This document shows positions 42,901 through 56,900 of a DNA stretch of 64,000 nt, one piece after another. Below the pieces are notes generated by a model that ran no database searches, was not told where the DNA came from, and was given only the letters and a program-made list of their open reading frames with translations. The DNA is from the human T2T-CHM13v2.0 reference genome, Homo sapiens: NCBI RefSeq assembly GCF_009914755.1, contig NC_060938.1. The stretch is one strand, 5' to 3'. Both the position numbers and the translations under genes were made by a program. Each line of letters begins with the position of its first letter. Positions within the stretch are counted from its first letter, which is position 1.

Positions 42901-45900
42901 GCATTCAGACCCTTGTAGCAGTGTTCTGGATTCCTATGTGAAGGAGAAACACTCAAAACCCAGCAACAGTGTTCTGGAACCCTATGTGAGGGACAAACAT
43001 TCACACCACAGCAGGATTGTTCTGGAATACTATGTGAGGGACAAACACTCAGAACATAGCAGGAGTGTTTTGGAATCGTATGTGAGGGACAAACATTCGG
43101 ATCCTCTTAGCAGTGTTCTGGAATCCTATGTGACGGACATACATGTAGAACCCAGCAGCAGTGTTCTGAAGGCCTATGTGAGGGACAAACATTCAGACCC
43201 CAGGAACAGTCTTCGGGAATCGTATGTGAGGGTAAATCATTCAGAACCTCGTAGCAGTGTTCTGGAATTCTGTGTGAGGGACAAACATTCAGACTACAGC
43301 AGCAGTATTCTGGAATCCTATGTGAGGGAAAAACATTCAAACAACTGCAGGTGTGTTCTGGAATCCTATGTGAGGGAAAAACATTCAAACAACTGCAGGT
43401 GTGTTCTGGAATCCTATGACAAGGAAAAACATTCAGACCCTCCTCGCAGTGTTCTTGAATTCTATGTGAGGGAGAAACACTCCGATTCCTGTAGCAGTGT
43501 TCTGGAACCCTATGTGACAGACCTACATGTAGACTCCAGCAGCAGAGTTCTGGAATCCTATGTGAGGGACAATCATTCCGACCCTCGTGGCAGTGTTCTG
43601 GAATTTTGTGTGAGGGATAAACATTCAGACCCCAGCGCGAGTGTTCTGGAATCCCATGTGAGTGACAAACATTCAAAAAATCTTAGCAGTGTTCTGGAAT
43701 CCTATATGAGAGACAAACTTTCAGACCCTCGTAGCAGTATTCTGGAATCCTATGTGGGGGCAAACATTCAATCATAACAGTATTCAGGAATCCTATGTGA
43801 GGGACAAGCATTGAGACAATCGTGGCAGTGTTCTGGGATCCTATGTGAGGGACAAACATTCAGACAATCGTAGCAGGGTTCTGGAATCCTATGTGAGGGA
43901 CAAACATTCAAAAAACAGAGAGAGTGTTCTGGAACCCTATGTTACGGACAAACATTCAGACAATAGTAGCAGGGTTCTGGAATCCTATGTGAGGGACAAA
44001 CATTCAAAAAACAGAGAGATTGTTCTGGAACCCTATGTTACGGACAAATATTGAGACCGTCGTTGCAGTGTTCTGGAATTCCCTGTGAGGGACAAAAACT
44101 CGGAACCCAGCGGCAGTGTTCTGTAATCCTATGTGAGGGACAAACATTCAGACTCCAGCAGCAGTGTTCTGGAATCCCATGTGAGGGACAATCATTCAGA
44201 CCATCATAGCCGTGTTTTGGAATTCTGTGTGAGGGACAAACATTCAGACCGTCGTAACAGTGTTCTGCAATCCTGTGTGAGGGAAAAACATTCCGACCAC
44301 AGCAAGAGTGTTCTGGAATCCCCTGTGAGGAACAAACATTCCGACCCTCATAGCAGTGTACTGGAATCTTATCTGATGGACAAATATTTAGAACCCAGCA
44401 GCAGTGTTCTGGAATCCTATGTGAGTGACAAACACTCAAAACATAGCAGGAGTGTTTTAGAATACTATGTGAGGGATAAACAATCTGACCTTCACAACAG
44501 TGTTCTGGAATCCTGTGTGAGGGATAAACATTCAGACCCTGTTAGCAGTGTTCTGGAATCCTATGTGAGGGACAAACATTCAGACCACAGCAGGACTGTT
44601 TTGGAATTCCCTTTGAGAAACAAACTTTTAGACCCTCATAGCTGTGTTCTGCAATCCTGTGTGTGGGACAAAATTTCAAAACCTCGTAGCAGTGTTCTGG
44701 AATCTTATGTGAGGTACAAACATTCAGACAATCGTAGCAGTGTTCTGGAATCCCATGTGAGGGACAAACATGCAGACCCTCGTAAGAGTGTTCTGGAATC
44801 CTATGTGAGGGACAAACATTCAGACAGTCGTAGCAGTGTTCTGGAATCCAATGTTAGTGACAAACTTTCAGACCCCAGCAGCAGTGTTCTGGAATCCTAT
44901 TTGACGGACAACCATTCAGACACTTTCAGCAGTGTTCTGGAATCCTGTGTCAGGGACAAACATTTTGACCACTGCAGGACTCTTCTGGAATCCCCTGTGG
45001 GGAACAAACATTCAGACCCTCGTAGGTGTGTTCTGTAATCCTATGTGACTGACACACATTTCGACCACAGCAGCAGTGTTCTGGAATCCCATGTGAGGGA
45101 CAAACATTCAGACACTCGTAGCAGTGTTCTGGAGTCCTGTGTGAGGGACAAAAATTCAGGCCACACCAAGAGTGTATTGGAATCCCCTGTGAGGAACAAA
45201 CATTTTGAACCTCCTAGCAGTGTCTGGAATATTATCTGACGGACAAACATTTAGACCCCAGCAGCAGTATTATAGAATCTCATGTGAGGGACAATATTTC
45301 AGAACATCATAGCAGTGTTCTGGAATATCATATGAGTGAAAAATATTCAAACATCCTCGGGAGTGTTCTGGAATCCTATGTCACGGACAAGCATTCAGAC
45401 ACTCGTCGCAGTGTTCTGGAATTCTATGTGAGGGAGAAACACTCAGAACCCAGCAGCAGTGTTCTGGAATCCTATGTGAAGGACATACATGTAGACCATA
45501 GCAGCAGTGTTCTGGAATCCTGTGTGAGGGACAAACATTCAGACCCCAGCCGCAGTGTTCTGGTATCCTATGTGATGGACAGTCATAAAGACCCTCGTAG
45601 CAGTGTTCTGGAATTCTTTGTGAGGGACAAACATTCAGACACTCATAGCAGTGATGTGGAATCCCATGTGAGTGACAAACATTCAGACCACAGCAGAAGT
45701 GTTCTGGAATCCCCTGTGAGGAACAAACATTCAGACCCTCGTAGTAGTGTTCTGGAATCCTATTTGAAGGACAAACATTTAGGCCCCAGCAGCAGGGTTC
45801 TTGAATCCTATGTGAGGGACAAATATTCAGACCCTGGTAGCACTGTTCTGGCTTCCTTTCTGAGGGACAAACATTCAGTCCACAGCAGGAGTGTTCTGGA

Positions 45901-48900
45901 ATCCTAAGTGAGGGACAAACATTCACACCCTCGTAGCAGTGTTTTGGAATCCTATGTGAGGGACAAACATTCAAATAAATACTTGAGTGTTTTTGAATCC
46001 TATGTTACGGACAAACATTCAAACCCTCGTCGCAGTGTTCTGGAATTGTTTGTGAGTTAGAAACACTCAGAAACCAGCAGCAGTGTTCTGGAATCCTATG
46101 TTTCGGACATAAATGTAGACCCCAGCAGCAGTGTTCTGGAATCCTAAGGGAGGGACAAACATTCAGACCCTAGCAGCAGCATTCTGGAATCCTATTGAGG
46201 GGCAAAAATTCTGACCCTCATCTCAGTGGTCTGGAATTCTAGGTGAGGAAGAAACTCAGACAATCGTAGCAGTGTTCTGGAATCCTATGTGAGGGACAAA
46301 CATTCAAACAACAGCGGAAGTGCTCTTGAATCATATGTTATGGACAAACACTCAGACCCTCGTAGCAGTGTTCTGGAATCCTATGAGAGGGACAAACATT
46401 CAGACCCTCCAGGTTTGTTCTGGAATCCTATGTGAGGGACAAATATTAAGACAATCGTAACATTGTACTGGAATCCTGTGTGAGGGACAAACATTCAGTC
46501 CCCATTAGCAGTGTTCTGGATTCCTATGTGAGGGACAAACATTCCCACAACAGCGGGAGTGTTCTGTAATCCTATGTTACGGACAAACATTCAGACCCTC
46601 ATCGCAGTGTTCTGGAATTCTATGTGAGGGAGAAACACTTAGAAACCAGCTGCAGTGTTCTGGAATCTTATGGGATGGACACACATGTAGACCCCAGCAG
46701 CATTGTTCTGGAATCCTGTGAGACGGACAAACATTCAGACCCCAGCAGCAGTGTTCTGGAATCCTAGAGTAGGGATAATCATTAAGATCCTGGCTGCAGT
46801 GTTCTGCAATTCTGTGTGAGGGACAAACATTCAGAGCCTCATAGGAGTGTTCTGGAATCCTATGTGATTGACAAACATTCAGACCACAGCAGGAGTGTTC
46901 TGGAATCCCCTATGAGGAACAAATATTCAGACCCTCGTGGCAGTGTTCTGTAATCCTATGTGAGGGACCAACATTTAGACCACAGCAGCAGTGTTCTGGA
47001 ATCCTATGTAAGGGACAAACATTCAAACAACAGCGGGAGTGTCCTTGAATCATATGTTACGGACAAACATTCAGACCCGCGTAGCAGTGGTCTGGAATCC
47101 TTTGAGAGGGACAAACATTCAAACAACTGCGGGAGTGTTCTGTAATCCTATGTTATGGACAAATATTAATATAATCGTAACATTGTTCTGGAATCCTGCG
47201 TGAGGGACAAACATTCAGTCCCCATTAGCAGTGTTCTGGATTCCTATGTGAGGGACAAACATTCAAACAACTGTGGGAGTGTTCTGTAATCCTATGTTAT
47301 GGACAAACATCAGACCCTTGTCGCAGTGTTCTGGAATTCTATGTGAGGGAGAAACACTTAGAAACCAGCAGCACTGTTCTGGAATCCTATGGGATGGACA
47401 CACATGTAGACCCCAGCAGCATTATTCTGGAATTCTATGAGACGGACAAACATTCAGACCCCAGCAACAGTGTTCTGGAATCCTAGAATAGGGATAATCA
47501 TTCAGACCCTGGTAGCAGTATTCTGGAATTCTGTGTGAGGAACAAACATTCAGAGCCTCATAGCAGTGTTCTGGAATCCTATGTGATTGACAAACATTCA
47601 GACAACAGCAGGAGTGTTCTGGAATCCTCTGTGAGGAACAAACATTCAGACCCTCTTAGCAGTGTTCTGTAATCCTATGTGAAATCATCCTATGTGACAG
47701 ACAAACATTTAGACCCCAGTAGCAGTGTTCTGGAATCCTATGTGAGGGGGAAACATTCAGACCCTCATAGCAGTGTTCTGGAATCCTACATGAGCGACAA
47801 ACACACTGAAACCAGCAGCAGTGTTCTGGAACCCTATGTGAGGGATAAACATTCAGACCATGCCAGGATTGTTCTGGAAACCTATGTGAGGGACCAACAC
47901 TCCGAACCCAGCAGAAAGGTTTTGAAATCCTGTGTGAGGGACAAACGTTTAGACCCTCGTAGCAGTGTTCTGGAATCATATGTGAGGGACAAATATACAG
48001 ACCATAGCAGGAGTGTTCTGGAATCCTATGTGAGGGACAAACATTCAGACCCTCGTAGCAGTGATCTGGAATTCTATGTGAGGGACAAACATTCAGACAT
48101 TGGTAACATTGTTCTGGAATTCAATGTGAGGGACAAACATTCTGACCCTCATAGCAGTGTACCAGAATCCTGTGTTAGGAACAAACATTCAGACCACAGC
48201 ATTAGTGTTCTGGAATCCCCTGTGAGGAACAAACATACAGACCCTCGTAGTAGTGTTCTGGAATCCTATGTGACGGCCAAATATTTATACCCCAGCAGCA
48301 GTGTTCTGGAATCCTCAGTGAGGAAAACCATTCAGAATCTTGTAGCAGTTTTCTGGAATCCTATGTGAGGGACAAACATTCAGACCACAGCGGGATTGTT
48401 CTGGAATGATATGTGAGGGACAAACACTAAGAAAATAACAGGAATGTTTTGGAATCCTATGTGACTGACAAAAATTCAGACCCTCGTAGTAGTGTTCTGG
48501 AATCGTATGTGAGGGACAAGCATTCAGACCACAGCAGGAGTGTTCTGGAATCCTATGGGAGGGACATACATTCAAACCCTAGTAGCAGAGTTCTGGAATC
48601 CTATGTGAGGGAAAAGCATTCAGAGTTTTGTAGCAGTGTTCTGGAATCCTATGTGAGGGACAAACATTCAGACCCTCAAAGGAGTATTCTGGAATCCTAT
48701 GTGAGGGACAAACATTGAGATAATCATAGCAGTGTGCTGGAATCCTATGTGAGGGACAAACATTCAGACCCCAGCAGCAGTGTTCTGGAATCCTATGTGA
48801 GTGATAAACATTCAAACAACAGCGGGAGTGTTCCATAATCCTATGTTACAGACAAATATTCACACGTCTTCACAGTGTTCTTGAATCCTATGTGAGGGAC

Positions 48901-49930
48901 AAACACTCAGAAATGAGCAGCAGTGTTCTGGAACCCTGTGTGAGGGTCAAAATTTCAGACCACAGCAGGATTGTTCTGTAATCCTATGTTACGGACAAAC
49001 ATTTAGACCTCAGCAGGAGTGTTCTGGAATTCTATGCGAGGCACAGTCATTCGTACCCTCATAGCAGTGTTCTGGAATTCTGTGTGAGGGACAAGCATTC
49101 AGAACGTCGTAGCAGTGTTCTGGAATCCTATGTGAAGGACAACCATTCAGACCACAGGAAGAGTGTTCTGGAATCCCCAGTGAGGAACAAACATTCAGAC
49201 ACTAGTAAAAGTGTTCTGGAATCCTATGTGACAGACAAACATTCAGACCCCAGCAGCAGTGTTCTGGAGTTTTATGTGAGGGAAAAACGTTCAGACAATC
49301 ATAGCAGAATTCTGGAATCCTATGTGAGGGACAAACATTCAGACCTCAGCTGCTGCGTTCTGGAATCCTATGTGAGGGACAAACATTCATACAACAGTGG
49401 GAGTGTTCTGGAATCCTATGTTACAGGCAAATATTCAGACCCTCGTCCGAGTGTTCTGGAATTCTATGTGAGGGAGAAACATTCAGAACCCACCAGCATT
49501 GTTCTGGAATCCTATGTGACGGACAGACATGCAGACCCCAGCAGCATTGTTCTGGAATCCTATGTGACGGTCAGACATGTAGACCCCAGCAGCATTGTTC
49601 TGGACTCCTATTTGAGGGATGATCATTCAGACCCTCGTTGCAGTGTTTTGGAATTCTGTGTGAGTGAGAAACATTCAGACCCTTGTAGAAGTGTTCTGGA
49701 GCCCTGTGTGAGGGACAAACATTCAGACCACAGCAGGAGTGTTCTGGAATCCACTGTAAGGAACAAACATTCCGACTCTCGTAGCAGTGTTCTGGAATCC
49801 TAAGTGATGGATAAACATTTAGACCCAGTAGCAGTGTTCTGGAATCCCCAGTGAGGAACAAACATTCAGACAATCGTAGCAGTTTTCTGGTATTCTATGT
49901 GAGGGACAAACATTCAGACCCCAGCAGCAG

Positions 49931-50154
49931 ACCCCTCACATAGGATTCCAGAACACTGCTAGGATGATCTGAATATTTGTCCCTAACATAGGATTGCAGA
50001 ACACTGCTATGATTGTATGAATGTTTGCCTCTCACATAGGATTCCAGAACACGGCTTTGATTATCTAAATGTTAGTCCCTCACATAGGATTCCTGAACAC
50101 TCCTGCTGTGGTCTGATAGTTTTTCCCTCACATAGGATTCCAGAACACTGCTAC
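49931..50154 (-). repeat. Inverted CER segment (~4.7 monomers)
   Basis: Reads ccctcacataggattccagaacactgct... (reverse complement of the monomer) between forward-oriented flanks. Confidence 0.95.
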
Positions 50155-53100
50155 AATCCTACGTGAAAGACAAACATTCAAACAATCGCAGCAGTGTTCT
50201 GGAATCCTATGTGTGGGACATACATTCAGACCCTCGTAGGAATGTTCTGGAATCCTTTGTGAGGGACATGTATTAAGATAATCATAGCAGTGTTCCGGAA
50301 TCCTATGTGAGGGACAAACATTCAGACCCCAGGAGCAGTGTTCTGGAATCCTATGTGAGGGAGAAACATTCAACCAACAGCGGGAGTGTTCTGAAATCCT
50401 ATGTTAAGGACAAACATTCGGATCCTAGTTGCAGTGTTCTAGAATTCTATGTGAGGGAGAAACACTCAGAAACCTGCAGCAGTGTTCTGGAATCTAGGTG
50501 ACGCACATAAATCTACACCCCAGCAGCAGTGTGGTGGAATCCTATATGACGGACAAACATCCAGAACCCAGCAGCAGTGTTCTGGAATCCTATGTGAGGT
50601 ACAAACATTCAGACCCCAGCAGCAGTGTTCTGGAATCCTATGAGAGGGACAATCATTCAGACCCTTGTAGCAGTATTGTGGAATTCTGTGTGAGGGATAA
50701 ACATCCAGAAACTCATAGCAGTGTTCTGGAATGCTCTGTGAGGTACAAACATTCAGACCCTCATAGCAGTGTTCTGGAATACTATGTGAGGGACAAACAT
50801 TGAGACCTCATAGCAGTGTTCTGGAATCCTATGTGACAGACAAACATTTAGACGGCAGCAGCAGTGTTCTGGAATCCTATGTGAGGTACAAACATTCAGA
50901 ACACTGCAGAAGTGTTCTGGAATCTCCTGTGAGGAAGAAACTTTTAGACCTTCATAGAAGTGGTCTGGATTCCGATGTGATGGACAAACATTTAGACCCC
51001 AGCAGCAGTGTTCTGGAATCCTATGTGAGAGACAAACATTCAGAACCTCGTAGCAGTGTTCTGGAATCCTATGTGAGGGACAAACCCTCAGAACCCAGCA
51101 ACTGTATTCTGGAATCCTATGGAGGGACAAACATTGAGGCCACAGCAAGATTGTTCTGGAATCCTATGTGGGGGACAAACACTTCGAACACTGCAGGAGT
51201 GTTTTGGAATCCTATGTGAGGGACAAACATTCAGAGCCTCGTAGCAGTGTTCTGGAATCCTATGTGAGGGAAAAACATTCAGGCACCAGCAGCAGAGTTC
51301 TGGAATCCTATATGAAGGACAATCATTCAGACCCTCGTAACAGTGTTCTGGAATTCTGTGTGAGGGACAAACATTCAGACCACAGCAGGAGTATTCTGGA
51401 ATCCCCAGTGAGGAAGAAACATTCAGACCCTCGTAGCACTGTTCTTGAATCCTGTGTGACGGACAAACATTTAGACCCCAGCAGCGGTGTTCTGGAATCC
51501 TATGTGTGGGACCGTCATTCAGAACCTCGTAGCGTGTTCTGGAATCCGGTGTGATGCAGAAACATTCAGATCACAACAGTAGTGTTCTGGATCTGATGTG
51601 TCTACAAACACTCAGAACACAGCAGGAGTGTTTTGGAATCCTACATGAGGGAAAAACATTCAGACCCTCGTAGCAGTGTTCTGGAATCCTATCTAAGGGA
51701 CAAACATTCAGACAATCGTAGGAGTGTTCTGGAATCCGATGTGAGGGACAAACATTTAGACTCTTGTATCAGTGTTCTGGAATCCTACGTGAAAGACAAA
51801 CATTCAAACAATAGCAGCAGTGTTCTGGAATCCTATGTGAGGGACAAATATTCAGACCCTCGTAGCAGTGTACTGGAATCCTATGTGAGGGACAAACTTT
51901 CAGACCAGAGCAGCAGTGTCCTTGAATCCTGTGTGAGGGACAAATATTGAGATCCCAGCAGGAGTGTTCTGGAATCTTTTGTTAATGAGAAACATTCAGA
52001 CTACAGCAGGAGTGTTCTGGAATCCTATGGGAGCAACAAACATTCAGACCCCAGCACCAGTGTTCTTTTGTCCTATGTGAGAAACAAAAATTCAGATGCT
52101 CGCAGCAGTGTTCTGAAATCCTATGCGAGGGAAAAACATTCAGAACCTCGTAGCAGTGTTTTGGAATCCTATGGGAGGACAAAAAATCAGACACTCCTAC
52201 TAGTGCTCTGGAAACCTATGTGAGGGACAAACATTCAGACCACAGCAGGAGTGTTCTGGAATCGCCTGTGAGGGAGAAACATTCAGACCCTAATAGCTGT
52301 GTTCTGGAATCCAATGTGACGGACAAAGATTTAGACCCCAGCAGCAGTGTTCTGGAATCCTATGTGATGGACAGACATTTAGACAATCGTAGCAGTGTTC
52401 TGGAATCCTATGTGAGGGACAAACATTCAGAACCCAGCAGCAGTGTTCTGGAATCCTATGTGAGGAACAAACATTCAAACAAACAACAGCGGGAGTGTTC
52501 GGGAATCTTATGTTACGGACACACATTCAGACCATCATCGCAGTTTTCCGGAATTCTATGTGACGGAGAAAGACTCAGAACTCCGAAGCAGTGTTCTGGT
52601 ATTCTATGCGATGGACATACATGCAGACCTCAGCAGCAGTGTTCTGGACTCGTATGTGAGGGACAAACATTCAGACCCCAGCAGCAGTCTTCTGAAATCC
52701 TACATGAGAGACAATCATTCAGCCCCTCGTTGCATTGTTCTGGAATTCTGTGTGAGGGAAAAACTTTCAGACAATCATGGCAGTGTTCCAGAATCCTATG
52801 TGAGGGTCAAACTTTCAGAACACAGAAGGAGTGATCTGGAATCCCCTGTGAGGAATAAACATTCAGAACCCTGTAGCAGTAACCTGGAATCCGATGTGAC
52901 GGACAAACCTTTAGACCCCAGCAACATTGATCTGGAATCCTATTTGAGGGACAATCATTCAGACCCTCTCAGCAGTATTCTGTCATCCTATGTGCGGGAG
53001 AAACATTCAGACCACAGCGGGGGTGTTCTGTAATAATATGTGACAAACATTTCGATCCTCACAGAAGTGTTCTGGAATATTATATGAGGGACAAAGGTTC

Positions 53101-53909
53101 AGACAATTGTAGCAGTGTTCTGGAATCCTATGTGAGGGACAAACATTCAGAACCTAGAAGCAGTGTTCTAGAATCCTATATGAGGGACAAACGTTCAAAC
53201 AACAGCGGGAGTGTTCTGGAGTCCTATGTTATGGACAAACATTCAGACCCTAGCAGAAGTGTTCTGGAATCCCATGTGACAGACAAACACTCAAACAAGA
53301 GCGGGAGTGGTCTGGAATCCTATGTTAGGATCATACATTCAGACCCCCGTTGCAGTGTTCTGGAATTCTATGTGTGGGAGAAACACTCAGAACCAGCAGC
53401 AGTGTTCTGGCATCCAATGTGAGGGACACACAAGTAGACTGCAGCAGCAGTGTTCTGGAATCCTATGTGAGGGACAAACATTCAGACCCCAGCAGCAGTG
53501 TTCTGGAATACTATATGAGGCACATTCATTCAGACCCTCGTTGCAGTGATCTGGAGGAATCCTATGTGAGGGACAAACAGAACACAACAGGAGTGTTTTG
53601 GAATCCCCTGTGAGGAACAAATATTCAGACCCTCGTCGCAGTGTTCTGGAATCCGATGTGAGGGACCAACAATCAGACAATCACAGAAGTGTTCTGAAAT
53701 CCTATCTGAGGGATAAACATTCAGACCCTTGTAGCAGTGTTCTGGAATCCTATGTGAGGGACAAACATTCAGACAACCGTAGAACTGTTCTGGAATGTGA
53801 GTGACAAATATTCAGTCCCCAGCAGCAGTGTTCTGGAATCTTATGTGAGGGAAAAACATTCAAAAAACAGCGGAAGTGTTCTGGAATCCTACATTAGAAA
53901 CATAAATTC

Positions 53910-53948
53910 CAAGTATAATAATAATAAACGAAATAATATAACATAAAA
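53910..53948 (+). mobile_element. Extremely 5'-truncated L1PA 3' terminus with degenerate A tail
   Basis: aagtataataataataaa is the L1PA 3' end; flanked by a 14-bp TSD agaaacata(a/c)attc at 53896-53909 and 53949-53962; TT/AGAA endonuclease-type site. Confidence 0.8.
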
Positions 53949-56900
53949 AGAAACATACATTCAGACCCTCGATGCAGTGTTCTGGAATTCTATGTGAGGG
54001 AGAAACACTCAGAACCCGGCCTCAGTGTTCTGGAATCCGATGTGAAAGACATACACATAGACTCCTGCAGCAGTGTTCTGGAGTCCTATGTGGGGGACAA
54101 ACATTAAGACCCCAGAAGCAGTGTTCTGGAATCCTACGTGAGGGACAGTCAATCAGACCCTCGTAGTAGTGTTCTGGAATTCTGTGTGAGGGACAAACAT
54201 TCAGACCCTCCTTGCAGTTTTCTGGAATTCAATATGAGGGACAAACTTTCAGACCACAGCAGGGGTGTTGTGGAATCCCCGGTGAGGAACAAACATTGAG
54301 ACACTCGTAGCAGTGTTCAGGAATCCTATGTGATGGACAATCATTTAAACCCCAGCAGCAGTGTTCTGGAATCCTATGTGAGAGAGAAACATTCAGACAC
54401 TCGTAGCAGTGTTCTGGAATCCTATGTGAGGGACAAACACTCAGAACCCAGCTGCAGTGTTCTGGAACGCTATGTTAGGAACAAACATTCAGACCACAGC
54501 AGGATTGTTCTGGAATTCTATGTGAGGGACACACACTCAGAAAACAGCAGGAGTGTTTTGGAATCCAACTTGGGGGACAAATATTCAGACCCTCGTAGCA
54601 GTGTTCTGGAATCCTATGTGAGGGGCAAACATTCACATAATCGTAGCAGTGTTCTGGAATCCTATGTGAGGGACAAACATTCAGAACTTCATAACAGTGT
54701 TCTTAAATCCAATGTGAGGGACAAACATTCAGACTGTCGTAGCGGTGTTCTGGAATCCTATGTGAGAGACAAACCCTCAGAACACAGCAAGAGTGTTTTG
54801 GAATCCTATGTGAGAGACAAATATTCAGATCCTCATAGCAGTGTTCTGGAATCCTGTGTTAGGGACAAACATTCAGACTATCGTAGCAGTGTTCTGGAAT
54901 CCTATGTGAGGGACAAATATTAAGACTATCATAGCAGTGTTCTGGAATCCTATGGGAAGGACAATCATTCAGACCCTCGTACCACTGTTCTGTAATTCCG
55001 TGTGAGGGACAAAGCTTTAAACCAAAGAAGGAGTGTTCTGGAATCCCCTGTGAGGAACAAACATTCAGACCCTCGTATCAGGGTTCTGGAATCCTATTTG
55101 ACAGACAAACATATAGACCCCAGCAACAGAGTTCTGGGGTCCAATGTGAGAAAAAAACAATCAGACCCTCGTAGCAGTGTTCTGGAATCCTATGTGGGGG
55201 ACAAACATTCAGAGAATCGTAGCAGTTTTCTGGAATGCAATGTGAGGGAAAAACATTCAGACCCCTGTTGCAGTGTTCTGGAAACCTATGTGAGGGACAC
55301 CCATTCAGACCACTGCATGATTGATCTGGAATCCTATGTGAAGGACAAACACTCAGAACACAGCAGGAGTGTTTTGGAATCCTATGTGAAGGACAAACAT
55401 TCAGACCCCCTTAGCAGTGTTCTGGAATCCTATGCGAGGGACAAACATTGAAACAATAACTGGAGTGTTCTGAAATCCTATGTTATGGACAAACATTCAG
55501 ATCCTCATTGCATTGTTATGGAATTCTATGTGAGGGAGAAACACTCAGAAACTAACAGCAGTTTTCTGGCATCCTATGTGACAGACAAACTTTTAGACCC
55601 CAGCAGCAGTGTTGTTGAATCCTATGTGAGGGACAAAAATTAAGACCCCGGCAGGAGTGTTCTGGAATCTTTTGTGAAAGACAAACATTCAGACACAGCA
55701 GGAGTGTTCTGGAATTGTATGTTAGCAACAAACATTCGCATTCTAGCAGCAGAGTTTTTTGGTCCTATGTGAGGCGCTAACTTCCAGACGCTCGTAGCAG
55801 TTTTCTGGAATCTTATGTGATGGAAAAACATTCAGAATCTCGTAGCAGTGCTTTGGAATCCTATGTAAGCACAAACATTCGGACCCCAGCAGCAGTGTTC
55901 TGGAATCCTATTTGAGGCACAAACATTCAGACCCTCGTAGCAGTGCTCTGGAATGCTATGTGATGGAGATCCATTCATACTACAGCAGCAGAGTTCTGGA
56001 ATCTTGTGTGAGGGACAGACATTCAGACCACAGCCGGAGTGTTATGGAATCCTATATTAGGGACAAACATTCAGACCCTTGTAGCAGTTTTCTGAAACCC
56101 TATGTCAGAGAGAAACATTCGGACCTCAGCAGCAGCGTTCTAGAATCCTATATGAGGCACATTCATTCAGACCCTCGTTGCAGTGATCTGGAATCCTATG
56201 TAAGGGACAAACACTCAGAACACAGCAGGAGTGTTTTGGAATCCCCTGTGAGGAACAAACATTCAGACCCTCATAACAATGTTCTGGAATCCTATGCGAG
56301 GGACCAACATTCAGACAATCGTAGAAGTGTTCTGGAATCCTATGTGAGGGACAAACATTCAGACCCTGGTAGAAGTGTTCTGGAATCCTATGTGAGGGAC
56401 AAACATTCAGAAAACCGTAGCAGTGTTCTGGAATCCTATGTGAGGGACAAACATTCAAACAACAGCGGGAGTGTTCTGGAATCCTATGTTAGGAACGTAT
56501 ATTCAAACCGTCGTTGCAGTGTTCTGGAATTCTAAGTGAGGGACAAACACTCAGAACCCAGCTGCAGTCTTCTGGAACCCTGTGTGAGAGACCAACATTC
56601 AGACAATCGTAGAAGTGTTCTGGAATCCTATGTGAGGGACAGTGATTCAAACACTCGTAGCAGTGTTCTGGAATCCTATGTGAAGTACAAATACTCAGAA
56701 CCCAGCAACAGTGTTCTGGAACCCTATGTGAGATACAAACATTCCGACCACAGCTGTATTCTTCTGGAATCCTAAGTGAGGGACAAACCTTCAAACATTT
56801 GTAGCGGTGTTCTGGAATCCTACGTGAGGGACAAACATTCAGACAATCGTAGAAGGGTTCTGGAATTCTATGTGAGTGACAAATATTCAGAGCCCCGTAG

